Below, piece by piece: positions 1 to 16,385 of a DNA stretch of 64,000 nucleotides. The notes under the pieces are model-generated. The model searched no databases and was not told the DNA's origin. It was given only the letters and a program-made list of their open reading frames with translations. Position 1 is the first letter of the stretch; every line of letters starts with the position of its first letter. The position numbers and the translations under genes are program-made. The stretch is taken from NCBI RefSeq assembly GCF_000027125.1, contig NC_017626.1. One strand, given 5' to 3'. The DNA is from Escherichia coli 042. Lineage in GTDB: Bacteria > Pseudomonadota > Gammaproteobacteria > Enterobacterales > Enterobacteriaceae.

Positions 1-120
1 CGCCGCTAATCATTACTGGCATCCATTGGTCTGTCAGAAGAAAGTTCAGGAAGCAGACATGATTGCTCCCGGCATCCCGTCATTATTAGAGAGGATGCGG
101 GAGGATGCCACTTTAATTAA

Positions 121-981
121 CTAGTTATTAACATTAAAAAGATGGCTTACGCTTTCGGCTAACGTTGTCGTTGGGCGGCCAATCAATTTGCTAAGCGTTT
201 TGCTGTTATCAAACAGACCACCTTTCGATGCGCCAACGTCAGAATCTGCCAGCATATCCGCCAGTCCGTCGGGCAGTCCGACGCTTTTCAGTGCCGCGGC
301 GAAATCGGCTTCGCTCAGATTTTGATAGGTAACCTGTTTGCCGCTCTGTTTGGTCAGCTCTGCCGCTAACTGTGTCAACGTCCAGGCACTATCGCCCGCC
401 AGTTCGTAAACCTTGCCTTCGTGACCGGCTTCGCTAATCACGCGTGCCGCAGCTGCCGCATAATCTGCCCGCGTTGCTGAGGCGATTTTGCCATCGCCCG
501 CCGCACCGATAAATACGCCGTGTTCCAGTGCTGCCGGGGCGCTGGCGAGGTAGTTTTCGCTGTACCAGCCGTTGCGCAGCAGGGTGTAAACGATGCCAGA
601 ATCAGCCAACATTTTCTCCGTCTCAATGTGCTCATCGGCGAGGCCGAGCGGGGAGGTATCTGCATGTAGCAGGCTGGTATAAGCGATAAATTTCACGCCA
701 GCCGCCTTTGCGGCATTAATAACATTACGATGCTGCGGGGCACGTTGACCCACTTCGCTGGAAGAGATCAGCAGTAGTTTTTCCACTCCCTGAAGTGCAG
801 ATGTCAGTGCGGCTTCATCGCCGTAGTCAGCCTGACGCACGGTAATGCCTTGTGCTGCCAGAGCCTGGGCTTTTGCCGGATTACGAACGATAGCCACTAT
901 TTGGCTGGCAGGAACCGTTTTCATCAAGGATTCAATAATATAGTGACCAAGTTGGCCAGTGGCACCAGTAATAGCGATCAT
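121..981 (-). CDS. qorB: NAD(P)H:quinone oxidoreductase QorB (YtfG), NmrA-like
   Basis: 286-aa ORF beginning MIAITGATGQLGHYII (Rossmann GxxGxxG motif); recognised as YtfG/QorB; position upstream of divergent ytfH matches K-12 synteny. Confidence 0.88.
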   Translation of the reverse strand: MIAITGATGQLGHYIIESLMKTVPASQIVAIVRNPAKAQALAAQGITVRQADYGDEAALTSALQGVEKLLLISSSEVGQRAPQHRNVINAAKAAGVKFIAYTSLLHADTSPLGLADEHIETEKMLADSGIVYTLLRNGWYSENYLASAPAALEHGVFIGAAGDGKIASATRADYAAAAARVISEAGHEGKVYELAGDSAWTLTQLAAELTKQSGKQVTYQNLSEADFAAALKSVGLPDGLADMLADSDVGASKGGLFDNSKTLSKLIGRPTTTLAESVSHLFNVNN

Positions 982-1069
982 GGGAAGTCTCCATCGTTTT
1001 GTCTTGTGTTTAAATACGCTAACACCTAAACTTACTTTTAGTAAGTACGTACAAAAAGGTAAGTATGAA

Positions 1070-1450
1070 ATGAGTCAGGTTAGCCTGTCGCAACAACTGA
1101 AAGAGGGTAATCTCTTTGCGGAACAGTGCCCGTCGCGCGAGGTGTTGAAACACGTCACCAGCCGTTGGGGGGTGTTGATTCTGGTGGCGCTACGCGAAGG
1201 TACTCATCGCTTTAGCGACCTGCGGCGCAAAATCGGCGGGGTGAGCGAAAAGATGCTTGCGCAGTCGTTACAGGCGTTAGAACAGGATGGTTTTCTTAAC
1301 CGTATCGCGTATCCGGTGGTGCCACCGCATGTTGAATACAGCCTCACGCCGCTGGGCGAGCAGGTGAGCGAAAAGGTTGCTGCACTGGCGGACTGGATTG
1401 AGTTGAATTTGCCCGAGGTGTTGGCGGTGCGGGATGAACGTGCGGCATAA
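1070..1450 (+). CDS. ytfH: HxlR-family transcriptional regulator YtfH
   Basis: Track ORF 959..1450 trimmed to the internal ATG at 1070 (MSQVSLSQQL...), giving 126 aa; divergent from qorB. Confidence 0.82.
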   Translation: MSQVSLSQQLKEGNLFAEQCPSREVLKHVTSRWGVLILVALREGTHRFSDLRRKIGGVSEKMLAQSLQALEQDGFLNRIAYPVVPPHVEYSLTPLGEQVSEKVAALADWIELNLPEVLAVRDERAA

Positions 1451-1451
1451 C

Positions 1452-1556
1452 TGCCGGATGCGCGGCCTACGGTGTATGACTTGTAGGGCGGATAAGATGC
1501 GCCAGCATCGCATCCGCCAATAAATGCCGGATGCGATTGATGATTTATAGGCCGAA
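1452..1556. repeat. REP/BIME-type repetitive extragenic palindromes
   Basis: GCCGGATGCG...CGCATCCGGC-type imperfect palindromes typical of E. coli REP elements, in the ytfH-cpdB gap. Confidence 0.6.
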
Positions 1557-1567
1557 AAAGAAGTGTT

Positions 1568-3511
1568 TTACTTACTCAAATCCACCTGATAAATCGCAAA
1601 CCCGATATCATCGGTCGCGACTTTATTCATCGGATACTGCCCTTTCTCTTTAATAAACGCTGCGGCTTTATCTGACGGGGAAGTTTCGAAACGGATATCC
1701 AGTTTCTTATCGGCAGCTATCGGTGCTAAACGCCAGTTGTTATCTGCCGCCGGGTGAATTTCCCCCGCACGTTTCGACTCATCAGCAATCCACGCTGCCA
1801 GCACCGAGCGGTTCTCATCCGGTGAAGCAAAAGCGATATGGCTGTCGCCCGTACCGGCAAATTTGCCGCCGTAAGCGCGATAGTTATTGGTGGCAACGAG
1901 GAACATGGCGTTCGGATCAATCGGCTTGCCATTAAAGGTCAGGTTCTTAATCCTTTCCGCATTGGTATTAATCATCTGGCACTCGCCGTCATAACGGGCA
2001 GGCTGGGTAACATCAATCTGATAATTCACACCATCAATCACATCAAAGTTATAGGTGCGGAAACCATCCCAGTTGATGAGTGATTGCGGTTTCGTGCTGT
2101 TAGGATCAATCTGGTTAAACTGTCCGGCGGAGCACTCCAGCCACTCTTTCACCTCTTTACCGCTGGCTTTCACCACAATCAGCGTATTGGGGTAGAGATA
2201 AAGATCGGCGGCATTACGGAAGGTCAACTGGCCTTTTTCCACCTCCACATAGCTTGCCGGGTCATTTTTGCGACCACCAACTTTAAACGGTGCGGCAGCT
2301 GAAAGCACCGGCAGTTTTGCCAGATCCGGATCGCCCTGAATGTAATGTTCGACATACGCTTTTTGCGCGTTGTTCACTACTTGCACGGTCGGATCGTCCT
2401 GCACCAGCGCCAGATAGCTATACATATTGTCGGCAGATTTACCGATTGGCTTGCTGACGAACTGGCGTGTGGCATCGTGATCGGCTTTGAGTGTTTCTAC
2501 CAGCTTGCTGTCTTCCGCCGCGAGGGATTTTTTATTGGCGATGTCGTAAATCGGCCGAGCTTCCGCTTTCGCCTGCGTCACCTGCCATTTACCGCTGTCA
2601 TTACTGAGTTGTAAGTCGACCACCCCAAGATGATCGCCCCACATGCCCGGCATTACCGCCGGAACACCATTCAGCGTGCCTTTGGTGATATCAGCCCCTT
2701 CGATATCAGCAAAATCTTTACCCGGGAAAACGGCGTGAGCATGACCAAACATAATGGCGTTAACGCCCGGAATTTCACTGAGGTAATAAACTGAGTTTTC
2801 CGCCATCACTTTATACGGATCGGCAGACAGCCCGGAATGTGCCAGAACGACAACGACATCGGCACCTTTCTCGCGCATTTCAGGCACGTATTTGCGCACG
2901 GTTTCGGTAATATCATTCACCGTCACTTTCCCGGATAAATTAGCTTTATCCCAGCCCATGATTTGCGGCGGCACGACGCCAATATAGCCAATCTTCAGCG
3001 TCTGTTTTTTTCCGTCTTTATCGACCACTTCGGTATCTTTAATTAAATACGGTGTAAACATTGGCTGTTTGGTTCTGGCGTCAATGACGTTGGCATTTAC
3101 ATAAGGGAATTTCGCTCCCGCCAGCGCATTTTTCAGGTAATCCAGACCGTAGTTAAATTCATGATTGCCGAGTGTACCGACCGTATAATCCAGCGTATTC
3201 AGCGCCTTATAAACCGGATGAACATCACCTGTTTTTAATCCTTTCGCCGACATGTAATCTGCCAGCGGACTCCCCTGAATCAAATCGCCGTTATCGACCA
3301 GTACGCTGTTTTTCACTTCATTGCGGGCATCGTTAATCAGGCTTGCCGTACGTACCAGTCCGAATTTTTCCGTGGCGGTGTCTTTGTAATAATCGAAATC
3401 CATCATGTTGCTATGCAGATCAGTGGTTTCCATGATACGCAGATCGACCGTCGCTGCATTCACACTGGCGGCAATCAGCGTGGCCAGGAGCGTTGCGCTA
3501 AACTTAATCAT
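1568..3511 (-). CDS. cpdB: 2',3'-cyclic-nucleotide 2'-phosphodiesterase / 3'-nucleotidase (periplasmic)
   Basis: Track ORF 1568..3520; start set at the ATG giving [19 protein letters not shown] signal peptide, 647 aa; calcineurin-like phosphoesterase motifs (GNHEF). Confidence 0.9.
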   Translation of the reverse strand: MIKFSATLLATLIAASVNAATVDLRIMETTDLHSNMMDFDYYKDTATEKFGLVRTASLINDARNEVKNSVLVDNGDLIQGSPLADYMSAKGLKTGDVHPVYKALNTLDYTVGTLGNHEFNYGLDYLKNALAGAKFPYVNANVIDARTKQPMFTPYLIKDTEVVDKDGKKQTLKIGYIGVVPPQIMGWDKANLSGKVTVNDITETVRKYVPEMREKGADVVVVLAHSGLSADPYKVMAENSVYYLSEIPGVNAIMFGHAHAVFPGKDFADIEGADITKGTLNGVPAVMPGMWGDHLGVVDLQLSNDSGKWQVTQAKAEARPIYDIANKKSLAAEDSKLVETLKADHDATRQFVSKPIGKSADNMYSYLALVQDDPTVQVVNNAQKAYVEHYIQGDPDLAKLPVLSAAAPFKVGGRKNDPASYVEVEKGQLTFRNAADLYLYPNTLIVVKASGKEVKEWLECSAGQFNQIDPNSTKPQSLINWDGFRTYNFDVIDGVNYQIDVTQPARYDGECQMINTNAERIKNLTFNGKPIDPNAMFLVATNNYRAYGGKFAGTGDSHIAFASPDENRSVLAAWIADESKRAGEIHPAADNNWRLAPIAADKKLDIRFETSPSDKAAAFIKEKGQYPMNKVATDDIGFAIYQVDLSK

Positions 3512-3700
3512 CAGGGACATCCTTTTATCATCGGGAATACGAAAGAAAAGGGAGAATAAACGTCTTACTTATAGAACAGTGAAGAATGCCACAATTTTAC
3601 GCTTTGAAAATGATGACACTATCACAGTTGGCGCATTCATTAACGATAGGGTATAAGTAAAACAATAAGTTAACACCGCTCACAGAGACGAGGTGGAGAA

Positions 3701-4441
3701 ATGTTAGATCAAGTATGCCAGCTTGCACGGAATGCAGGCGATGCCATTATGCAGGTCTACGACGGGACGAAACCGATGGACGTCGTCAGCAAAGCGGACA
3801 ATTCTCCGGTAACGGCAGCGGATATTGCCGCACACACCGTTATCATGGACGGTTTACGTACGCTGACACCGGATATTCCGGTCCTTTCTGAAGAAGATCC
3901 TCCCGGTTGGGAAGTCCGTCAGCACTGGCAGCGTTACTGGCTGGTAGACCCGCTGGATGGTACTAAAGAGTTTATTAAACGTAATGGCGAATTCACCGTT
4001 AACATTGCGCTCATTGACCATGGCAAACCGATTTTAGGTGTGGTGTATGCGCCGGTAATGAACGTAATGTACAGCGCGGCAGAAGGCAAGGCCTGGAAAG
4101 AAGAGTGCGGTGTGCGCAAGCAGATTCAGGTCCGCGATGCGCGCCCGCCGCTGGTGGTTATCAGCCGTTCCCATGCAGATGCGGAGCTGAAAGAGTATCT
4201 GCAACAGCTTGGCGAACATCAGACCACGTCCATCGGCTCTTCGCTGAAATTCTGCCTGGTGGCGGAAGGACAGGCGCAGCTGTACCCGCGCTTCGGACCA
4301 ACGAATATTTGGGACACCGCCGCTGGACATGCTGTGGCTGCAGCTGCCGGAGCGCACGTTCACGACTGGCAGGGTAAACCGCTGGATTACACTCCGCGCG
4401 AGTCGTTCCTGAATCCGGGGTTCAGAGTGTCTATTTACTAA
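3701..4441 (+). CDS. cysQ: 3'(2'),5'-bisphosphate nucleotidase CysQ
   Basis: 246-aa ORF with inositol-monophosphatase family motifs (WLVDPLDGT); synteny next to cpdB. Confidence 0.9.
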   Translation: MLDQVCQLARNAGDAIMQVYDGTKPMDVVSKADNSPVTAADIAAHTVIMDGLRTLTPDIPVLSEEDPPGWEVRQHWQRYWLVDPLDGTKEFIKRNGEFTVNIALIDHGKPILGVVYAPVMNVMYSAAEGKAWKEECGVRKQIQVRDARPPLVVISRSHADAELKEYLQQLGEHQTTSIGSSLKFCLVAEGQAQLYPRFGPTNIWDTAAGHAVAAAAGAHVHDWQGKPLDYTPRESFLNPGFRVSIY

Positions 4442-4446
4442 ATTCA

Positions 4447-4490
4447 GATGGCAGAAACAGTGTATTTCCTGATTCTGCCATCCTGATTTC
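4447..4490 (+). terminator. Candidate intrinsic terminator after cysQ
   Basis: Perfect 10-bp stem GATGGCAGAA / TTCTGCCATC (4447..4456 and 4473..4482) followed by a T-rich stretch. Confidence 0.4.
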
Positions 4491-4809
4491 TCCCAACCTA
4501 AAAAGTTATAAATAAAAAGAGATTGTATTTAAAGTGCAAAAATTCAATTGCTAATAAGTTACATTTTAATAATGAGCGTTTTTTGATAGTTTACTTCTAT
4601 AATGAGATATTTAATGGCGACATAAAATAACCAAATAAAATAAGGTAGCCATATGTTACCCAGGATCAGACACAATAATTTTATTGGTGCGGTGGAGTTA
4701 TTCGTAAAATCATCGCATACAAAAACACATTCAAACAATTTTTTTTAATAATATTCAGCATGCATTTAAGAAAAAAGATTGGGTTTCGAATTATGATAGC
4801 CTGTTAACT

Positions 4810-5565
4810 TTGTGGGAGTTTTTTCGTTGCGCAACTCAGATTGATAAAGATAGTTATCAAGTGCTTTCATCAAAAAATGAAACTGTTAAAGCCATGGATA
4901 AGTTTCTTATCAGTTTCAGCCTTAAAGATAACGGTGCCGAATATACAATGACATTGCGAGGCAGTGGATTTGAATACGAAGAAATTCCCATAACAATAAA
5001 TGAGTATAACTCATTCATGGATTTCAAAAACCGCGAGTTTCCGTTAGAACAAAACAGAAGATTGTATGCCTGTGATATTTTGCAGAAAAAACAGTCTGAC
5101 ATACCAAAAAGGATTAAAGGTTATATTCGCCAGGCGTTTGGTGACGTATCTTTCGGTTATGCCTTATTGGAGGATATAGTAAGCAAATTAAAACGGGGTA
5201 AATTTGAACTCCAAATACCAGGCTGTGGAATTAAAGAATGCGATGGATGGTATATTTACGAAAAAATAATTGATGATAATTTTGCCATAGTCATAGAATC
5301 TTTGGGCTTTGCGCTTAAAATCTATGGAGGGGGTGAACGTTTTCGTAATGGTTCCTCTGTTGTTTTGGAGGATGAAGATTACTCTCTTATTTATAATTTT
5401 CTGGTTAATGCAGGTTGCCAACAAGTCGAATTAGCCGAACAAGTGGATGCGATAGTAAGTGCGAATCTGGCCGCAGATAGTAATATTACCAAAGAAAAGA
5501 TTTGCGAGAAATATAAATCGACCATTGAGGCATTTAAAAAAGAGCAACTAGCGTTACCAGTATGA
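4810..5565 (+). CDS. ytfI: Hypothetical protein in the ytfI position (AT-rich, TTG start in this frame)
   Basis: 251-aa ORF; the only in-frame start after the upstream stop (4705..4707) is TTG at 4810; visibly AT-rich codon usage; symbol assigned by synteny between cysQ and ytfJ only. Confidence 0.45.
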   Translation: MWEFFRCATQIDKDSYQVLSSKNETVKAMDKFLISFSLKDNGAEYTMTLRGSGFEYEEIPITINEYNSFMDFKNREFPLEQNRRLYACDILQKKQSDIPKRIKGYIRQAFGDVSFGYALLEDIVSKLKRGKFELQIPGCGIKECDGWYIYEKIIDDNFAIVIESLGFALKIYGGGERFRNGSSVVLEDEDYSLIYNFLVNAGCQQVELAEQVDAIVSANLAADSNITKEKICEKYKSTIEAFKKEQLALPV

Positions 5566-5654
5566 GTTCGGCGTAAGAACTAAGAGACTTAATTCCCCTA
5601 TCCCATAGATAACGATAGGGGAAAATTATTTTTGCAGAATTTATGTTATTGCCA

Positions 5655-6209
5655 TTATTTGAGCAACTTTTGCAGCAGGTCCATCACTTGCTGCACCTCT
5701 TCCTGTGTGAGCGCCCCGTCTTTGGCCCATTGCACGCGACCATCCTTATCCAGCACCACTACAGCGGAACTTTCTTCATCCAGCTGCCAGGCACCGCGCG
5801 CGACGCCATTGCTATCGACAATAAACTGCGACCAGGGATAAAGCTTTTTATTACTCTCCAGACTGCTGCGCACAAACATGCCGGAACCCGGAATCGCGTC
5901 GTCGGTGTTAACAATGGTGGTGGTCTGGTAACGATCGTGCGGTAACTTCGCTGATTTAATCGCTTCAATCAGCGTCGCGTTTTTCTCTTTTGCAGAGGTG
6001 CGACCAGCAATATGTTGCAGTACTCGCACTTTTCCCACTAACTGCGCGCTGTTCCAGGTTTTGTAGCTAAACTGATCTTTATCAAGCACCAACTCGCCCC
6101 GATCGGTAATGCCAATCGGCGGCACTCGCTGACCGGTTTCGAACTGATGTGCGGAAGCCATCATCGGCAACAGCAGGCAGGTGAGTGCCAGAATCTTGCG
6201 TAGGGTCAT
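5655..6209 (-). CDS. ytfJ: Periplasmic protein YtfJ (signal peptide present)
   Basis: 184-aa ORF with N-terminal signal peptide MTLRKILALTCLLLPMMASA; synteny. Confidence 0.82.
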   Translation of the reverse strand: MTLRKILALTCLLLPMMASAHQFETGQRVPPIGITDRGELVLDKDQFSYKTWNSAQLVGKVRVLQHIAGRTSAKEKNATLIEAIKSAKLPHDRYQTTTIVNTDDAIPGSGMFVRSSLESNKKLYPWSQFIVDSNGVARGAWQLDEESSAVVVLDKDGRVQWAKDGALTQEEVQQVMDLLQKLLK

Positions 6210-6534
6210 GGTGTTTCCTTCTTATGATATGCAGGTGATCCGACTACTTGGTGTCTGAGTTTTAATCATATGTGCTATTTATCGAATTTCCCGCAAGTGT
6301 GATGCCAGTTTGCGGTCAAGCGCACAAATCATATGAAAAATGAATGCTTATACTGAAGACCGCGCTTCGGTAAAAAGATAATTCTGAATAATTGTAACCT
6401 TTAGGTAAAAAAAGTTATACGCGGTGGAAACATTGCCCGGATAGTCTATAGTCACTAAGCATTAAAATTTGCGCCTCATAATAGTTGGGCCGATTGTGGC
6501 ACCGCACAGGCGTAATACTCAGCAGGAGATAACA

Positions 6535-6741
6535 ATGAAAATTTTCCAACGGTACAACCCACTTCAGGTGGCGAAGTACGTAAAGATCCTGTTCCGTGGA
6601 CGGTTATACATCAAGGACGTTGGCGCTTTTGAATTTGATAAGGGTAAGATTCTTATCCCAAAAGTGAAGGATAAGCTGCATTTGTCAGTGATGTCCGAAG
6701 TTAACCGTCAGGTTATGCGTCTGCAAACAGAGATGGCTTAA
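6535..6741 (+). CDS. ytfK: Small protein YtfK (68 aa)
   Basis: Track ORF 6469..6741 trimmed to ATG at 6535, preceded by [25 protein letters not shown]... Confidence 0.78.
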
Positions 6742-6802
6742 CCAAAGTGCTATGCAGTAATAAGACGGCTCCTGATTCAGGAGCCGTTGATGTTTCTGGG
6801 GG

Positions 6803-8146
6803 TTACGCGACGCTTTCTTCTTTATCTTTAGCGTCAGGCAGTTTTGGCGAAAGGGCGGTGGCCTTGCTGTCGATCCGGGTCACCAGCAGCTGGTCGATGC
6901 GGTAGTTATCGATATCCACCACTTCAAATTTGTAGCCGGCGAATTTCACCGAATCGGTGCGTTTCGGGATCTTACGCAGCATAAACATCATAAAGCCGCC
7001 GATGGTTTCGTAGTTGCCCGACTGCGGGAACTCGTCAATATCCAGCACGCGCATGACGTCGTCAATTGGGGTGCCGCCGTCAATCAGCCATGAGTTCTCA
7101 TCACGGGCGACAATCTGCTCTTCCAGCCCCTGACCGACCAGATCGCCCATCAGCGTGGTCATCACGTCGTTGAGGGTGATGATCCCCACCACCAGCGCGT
7201 ACTCGTTCATGATCACCGCGAAGTCTTCACCTGCGGTTTTAAAACTTTCCAACGCCTCTGAAAGGGTTAACGTATCCGGCACAATCAGCGTGTTGCGAAT
7301 TTGTACGCCGCTGTTCAGTGCCAGGCTTTGGTTAGCCAGCACGCGGTTCAGCAGGTCTTTAGAATCGACATAACCGATGATGTGGTCAATATCTTCATTA
7401 CAGACGAGGAACTTAGAGTGCGGATGTTCCGCCACCTTATTCTTCAGGCTTTGCTCATCTTCGTGGAGATCAAACCAAATCACGTTTTCACGCGGTGTCA
7501 TTGAAGACGGAACGGTACGGGATTCCAGCTCAAAGACGTTTTCAATCAGCTCGTGTTCCTGTTTACGTAACACGCCCGCCAGCGCACCGGCTTCCACTAC
7601 CGCGTAGATGTCATCAGAAGTGATGTCATCTTTACGTACCATTGGCAGTTTGAAAATACGGAAGATCATGTTCGCCAGGCCGTTGAAGAACCACACCAGC
7701 GGGGTGCATACGTACAGGCAGAAGCGCATCGGGTTGATGATACGCAAAGCTACCGCTTCTGGCGCAATCATACCGATGCGTTTCGGGGTTAAATCCGCAA
7801 ACAGGATAAACATGCCAGTCACTAACGAGAAAGAGAGAATAAAGCTCAGTTGCTCAGAGAGCTCTGCCGACATATAGCGGGAGAACAGGCTGTGAAAAGC
7901 TGGAGAAAATGCCGCATCACCGACGATACCGCCGAGAATCGCCACTGCGTTCAGACCGATTTGGACCACGGTAAAGAACATGCCGGGATTTTCCTGCATA
8001 TTCAGAACGCGTTGGGCATTTATATTGCCTTCATCAGCCAGCAGTTTAAGTTTGATTTTGCGTGAGGCGGCAAGCGAGATCTCGGACATCGAGAAGAACG
8101 CACTTACAGCGATCAAGCAGAGTATGACTAAAATACTGTTTAACAT
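6803..8146 (-). CDS. ytfL: Inner-membrane protein with DUF21/CBS/CorC-HlyC domains (YtfL/PaeA family)
   Basis: 447-aa ORF, hydrophobic N-terminal half and C-terminal CBS-pair architecture; synteny. Confidence 0.85.
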   Translation of the reverse strand: MLNSILVILCLIAVSAFFSMSEISLAASRKIKLKLLADEGNINAQRVLNMQENPGMFFTVVQIGLNAVAILGGIVGDAAFSPAFHSLFSRYMSAELSEQLSFILSFSLVTGMFILFADLTPKRIGMIAPEAVALRIINPMRFCLYVCTPLVWFFNGLANMIFRIFKLPMVRKDDITSDDIYAVVEAGALAGVLRKQEHELIENVFELESRTVPSSMTPRENVIWFDLHEDEQSLKNKVAEHPHSKFLVCNEDIDHIIGYVDSKDLLNRVLANQSLALNSGVQIRNTLIVPDTLTLSEALESFKTAGEDFAVIMNEYALVVGIITLNDVMTTLMGDLVGQGLEEQIVARDENSWLIDGGTPIDDVMRVLDIDEFPQSGNYETIGGFMMFMLRKIPKRTDSVKFAGYKFEVVDIDNYRIDQLLVTRIDSKATALSPKLPDAKDKEESVA

Positions 8147-8321
8147 ATCTTATCCGACCTTTCAGGCCAGATCCTCGGAAGGGGAAGTTGATTAATTTGT
8201 GTGAAATACACATTGAAAGCCGATTCGAAGAAAGTGAACCGGCATTTTCAGTGGCTAGTATAGCGTAAGGTACTGTAAAGTCGCCAGAGGGTTAAAATTC
8301 AGACTGCTGATAAATGCAATA

Positions 8322-8424
8322 CTGCCTGATGCGCTATGCCGATCAGGCCTACGCAGTCCTTGCAATATATTGAATTTGGACGATTTTGTAGGCCTGGTAA
8401 GGCGTTTACGCCGCATCCGGCATA
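8322..8424. repeat. REP/BIME elements
   Basis: GCCTGATGCGCTATGCCGATCAGGCCTAC and TAGGCCTGGTAAGGCGTTTACGCCGCATCCGGCA palindromic units in the ytfL-msrA gap. Confidence 0.65.
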
Positions 8425-8468
8425 AACAAAGCGCACTTTATCAACAATCTACATTTGTACCCGTAACG

Positions 8469-9107
8469 CTATGCTTCCGGTGGCAGACAGACGCCAATTC
8501 CGCCAATTCCACAGTAACCATACGGGTTTTTATGCAGATATTGCTGGTGGTCATCTTCGGCATAATAAAACGGTGTGGCGTTAGCGATTTCCGTGGTGAT
8601 GTGACGATCGTCATCGGCGGCAAGCATCGCCGCCTGAAAACGTTCCAGACTGGCGCGAGCTGCGGCATCCTGTTCTGGGGTCAGCGGATAAATCGCTGAA
8701 CGATACTGCGTGCCGTGGTCATTGCCCTGACGCATTCCCTGGGCGGGATCGTGATTCTCCCAAAATACCTGTAGCAACTGCTCATAGCTGATGACGGAAG
8801 GATCGTAAACAATGCGTACCGCTTCGGCATGACCCGTATCACCGGAGCACACTTCCCGATAAGTCGGATTTGGCGTATAGCCTCCGGTATAGCCTGCGGC
8901 GGTGCTGTAAACGCCGGGTAACTGCCAGAACAGACGCTCCACACCCCAGAAACAACCCATCGCAAAAATGGCAATCTCCATTCCGTCAGGTACATTGGTC
9001 ATTGAGTGACCGTTGACCGCATGCAGCGTGGCTACGGGCATCGGGGTGTTACGTCCAGGCAGGGCATCGGCGGGGGAAACCAGATGCTTTTTATCAAATA
9101 AACTCAT
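8469..9107 (-). CDS. msrA: Peptide methionine sulfoxide reductase MsrA
   Basis: Track ORF 8469..9173 trimmed to internal ATG ([10 protein letters not shown]...), 212 aa; GCFWG active-site motif. Confidence 0.9.
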
Positions 9108-9270
9108 GGTGTCGCTCTCCCGAAAATCGGTCATTGGGGTTAAGGTTGTAACAAGAGGCGTATTTGCACACAATAACCACCGTGAATAGGTCTAAAGTAA
9201 AACATAAGAAATATTTGGGGTTTAGTCTGCTTTTTAATCCATATTACTGGATTTTTGTTAAGCCGTTTAA

Positions 9271-14822
<5,552 letters not shown>

Positions 14823-14824
14823 CA

Positions 14825-15166
14825 ATGCGAATATTTGTCTACGGCAGTTTACGCCACAAACAAGGCAACAGTCACTGGATGACCAATGCCCAGTTACTGG
14901 GCGATTTCAGTATCGATAACTACCAGTTGTATAGCCTGGGCCACTATCCAGGCGCAGTTCCGGGGAACGGAACGGTACACGGTGAAGTTTATCGTATTGA
15001 CAACGCCACGCTGGCCGAACTTGATGCCTTGCGCACCAGGGGCGGTGAATACGCGCGCCAGTTGATTCAGACGCCGTACGGGAGTGCATGGATGTACGTT
15101 TATCAACGACCCGTCGATGGATTAAAGCTAATTGAAAGCGGCGACTGGTTAGACAGGGATAAGTAA
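14825..15166 (+). CDS. ytfP: Gamma-glutamylcyclotransferase-family protein YtfP
   Basis: 113-aa ORF beginning MRIFVYGSLR (AIG2/GGCT-like N-terminus), immediately after tamB. Confidence 0.85.
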   Translation: MRIFVYGSLRHKQGNSHWMTNAQLLGDFSIDNYQLYSLGHYPGAVPGNGTVHGEVYRIDNATLAELDALRTRGGEYARQLIQTPYGSAWMYVYQRPVDGLKLIESGDWLDRDK

Positions 15167-15176
15167 TAATAAAAGC

Positions 15177-15203
15177 ACGCCACCTTCGGGTGGCGTTGTT
15201 TTA
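15177..15203 (+). terminator. Intrinsic terminator after ytfP
   Basis: ACGCCACC-TTCG-GGTGGCGT hairpin followed by TGTTTTA. Confidence 0.55.
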
Positions 15204-15545
15204 TGCGATGTATCTCGCGATTTTTTTTTGTAACTTTTCCATCTTTTGCTTTTCTCTCCGAGCCGCTTTCCATATCTGCAATCGCATACAAAACTCTGCT
15301 GGCGTTCACAAATGTGCAGGGGTAAAACGGGGGCACGCTTTGAACGGTGAGTATGAGTGAGGTCGGCTAACTTCCAGCAAGTGGCTATGAACAGCAAAAT
15401 GGTGGTCGGGTTTGCTTGTTCTTACCGTTCAAGCCTTGCAACCGCTGAGAATAATGATGGTGGAATAGAGAGTTTATTTATCGCGGGCATAAAAAAACCC
15501 TTACTAACCGAAGCCCGGCGTTCAGGGTTATTGCGCTAGAAGAAC

Positions 15546-16076
15546 TTATTTATTCTTTGCGCGCTCGAAGGAAGCAACGATTTCAGCTTTAGCGGCTTCT
15601 GCGTTTTCCCAACCTTCAACTTTCACCCACTTGCCTTTTTCGAGGTCTTTGTAGTGCTCGAAGAAGTGAGCGATTTGCGCTTTCAGCAGTTCAGGCAGAT
15701 CGTTTACGTCTTTAATGTGATCGTATTCTTTGCTCAGCTTGCTGTGCGGAACCGCAACCAGTTTCGCATCTTCACCGGCTTCGTCGGTCATTTTCAGAAC
15801 GCCAACCGGACGGCAACGGATCACAGAACCAGGCTGCAGCGGGTACGGAGTCGGGACCAGTACGTCAACCGGGTCACCGTCCAGAGACAGGGTGTGGTTG
15901 ATGTAACCGTAGTTGCACGGATAGAACATCGCGGTGGACATGAAGCGGTCAACGAACAGTGCGCCGCTCTCTTTGTCGATTTCGTATTTGATCGGATCTG
16001 CGTTAGCCGGGATCTCAATAACAACGTAGATGTCTTCCGGCAGATCTTTACCCGCAGGGACGTTGAGTAAGCTCAT
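15546..16076 (-). CDS. ppa: Inorganic pyrophosphatase
   Basis: 176-aa [26 protein letters not shown]...; recognised as Ppa. Confidence 0.95.
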   Translation of the reverse strand: MSLLNVPAGKDLPEDIYVVIEIPANADPIKYEIDKESGALFVDRFMSTAMFYPCNYGYINHTLSLDGDPVDVLVPTPYPLQPGSVIRCRPVGVLKMTDEAGEDAKLVAVPHSKLSKEYDHIKDVNDLPELLKAQIAHFFEHYKDLEKGKWVKVEGWENAEAAKAEIVASFERAKNK

Positions 16077-16385
16077 GTCTGTTTCCTTTAAAAATATGTG
16101 GCAAACAAGTGCCGAGTATTATAGCCAACTCGCGCCGAATGTCTTTGCTTGTTTTCGTCTTCATTTTCCTTTTTCGCCAGTTTTAAGACGGTATACAGAG
16201 CAGGAAAATCCATAACCGTAGCCGCATTTTTCATAGTGAGATGAAAGCGATTACAAACTTGTGATTAACGTTTTATTTACTTTTTTGAAGTGTGATGTAA
16301 CGCAATCCGTTACATAACGAATTGTCTATAGTTTTTTCGCGAACATCTTTTCACCAATAATAATTACCCCGACGAGGACAACCCT

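Noticed and set aside
15357..15539. Small ORFs in the ytfP-ppa gap (15103..15336 minus, 15149..15397 minus, 15357..15539 plus) as possible remnant toxin-antitoxin genes
   Set aside because: They have no RBS, overlap each other and the ytfP terminator, and none resembles a ChpB/MazF-type or ChpS-type sequence.
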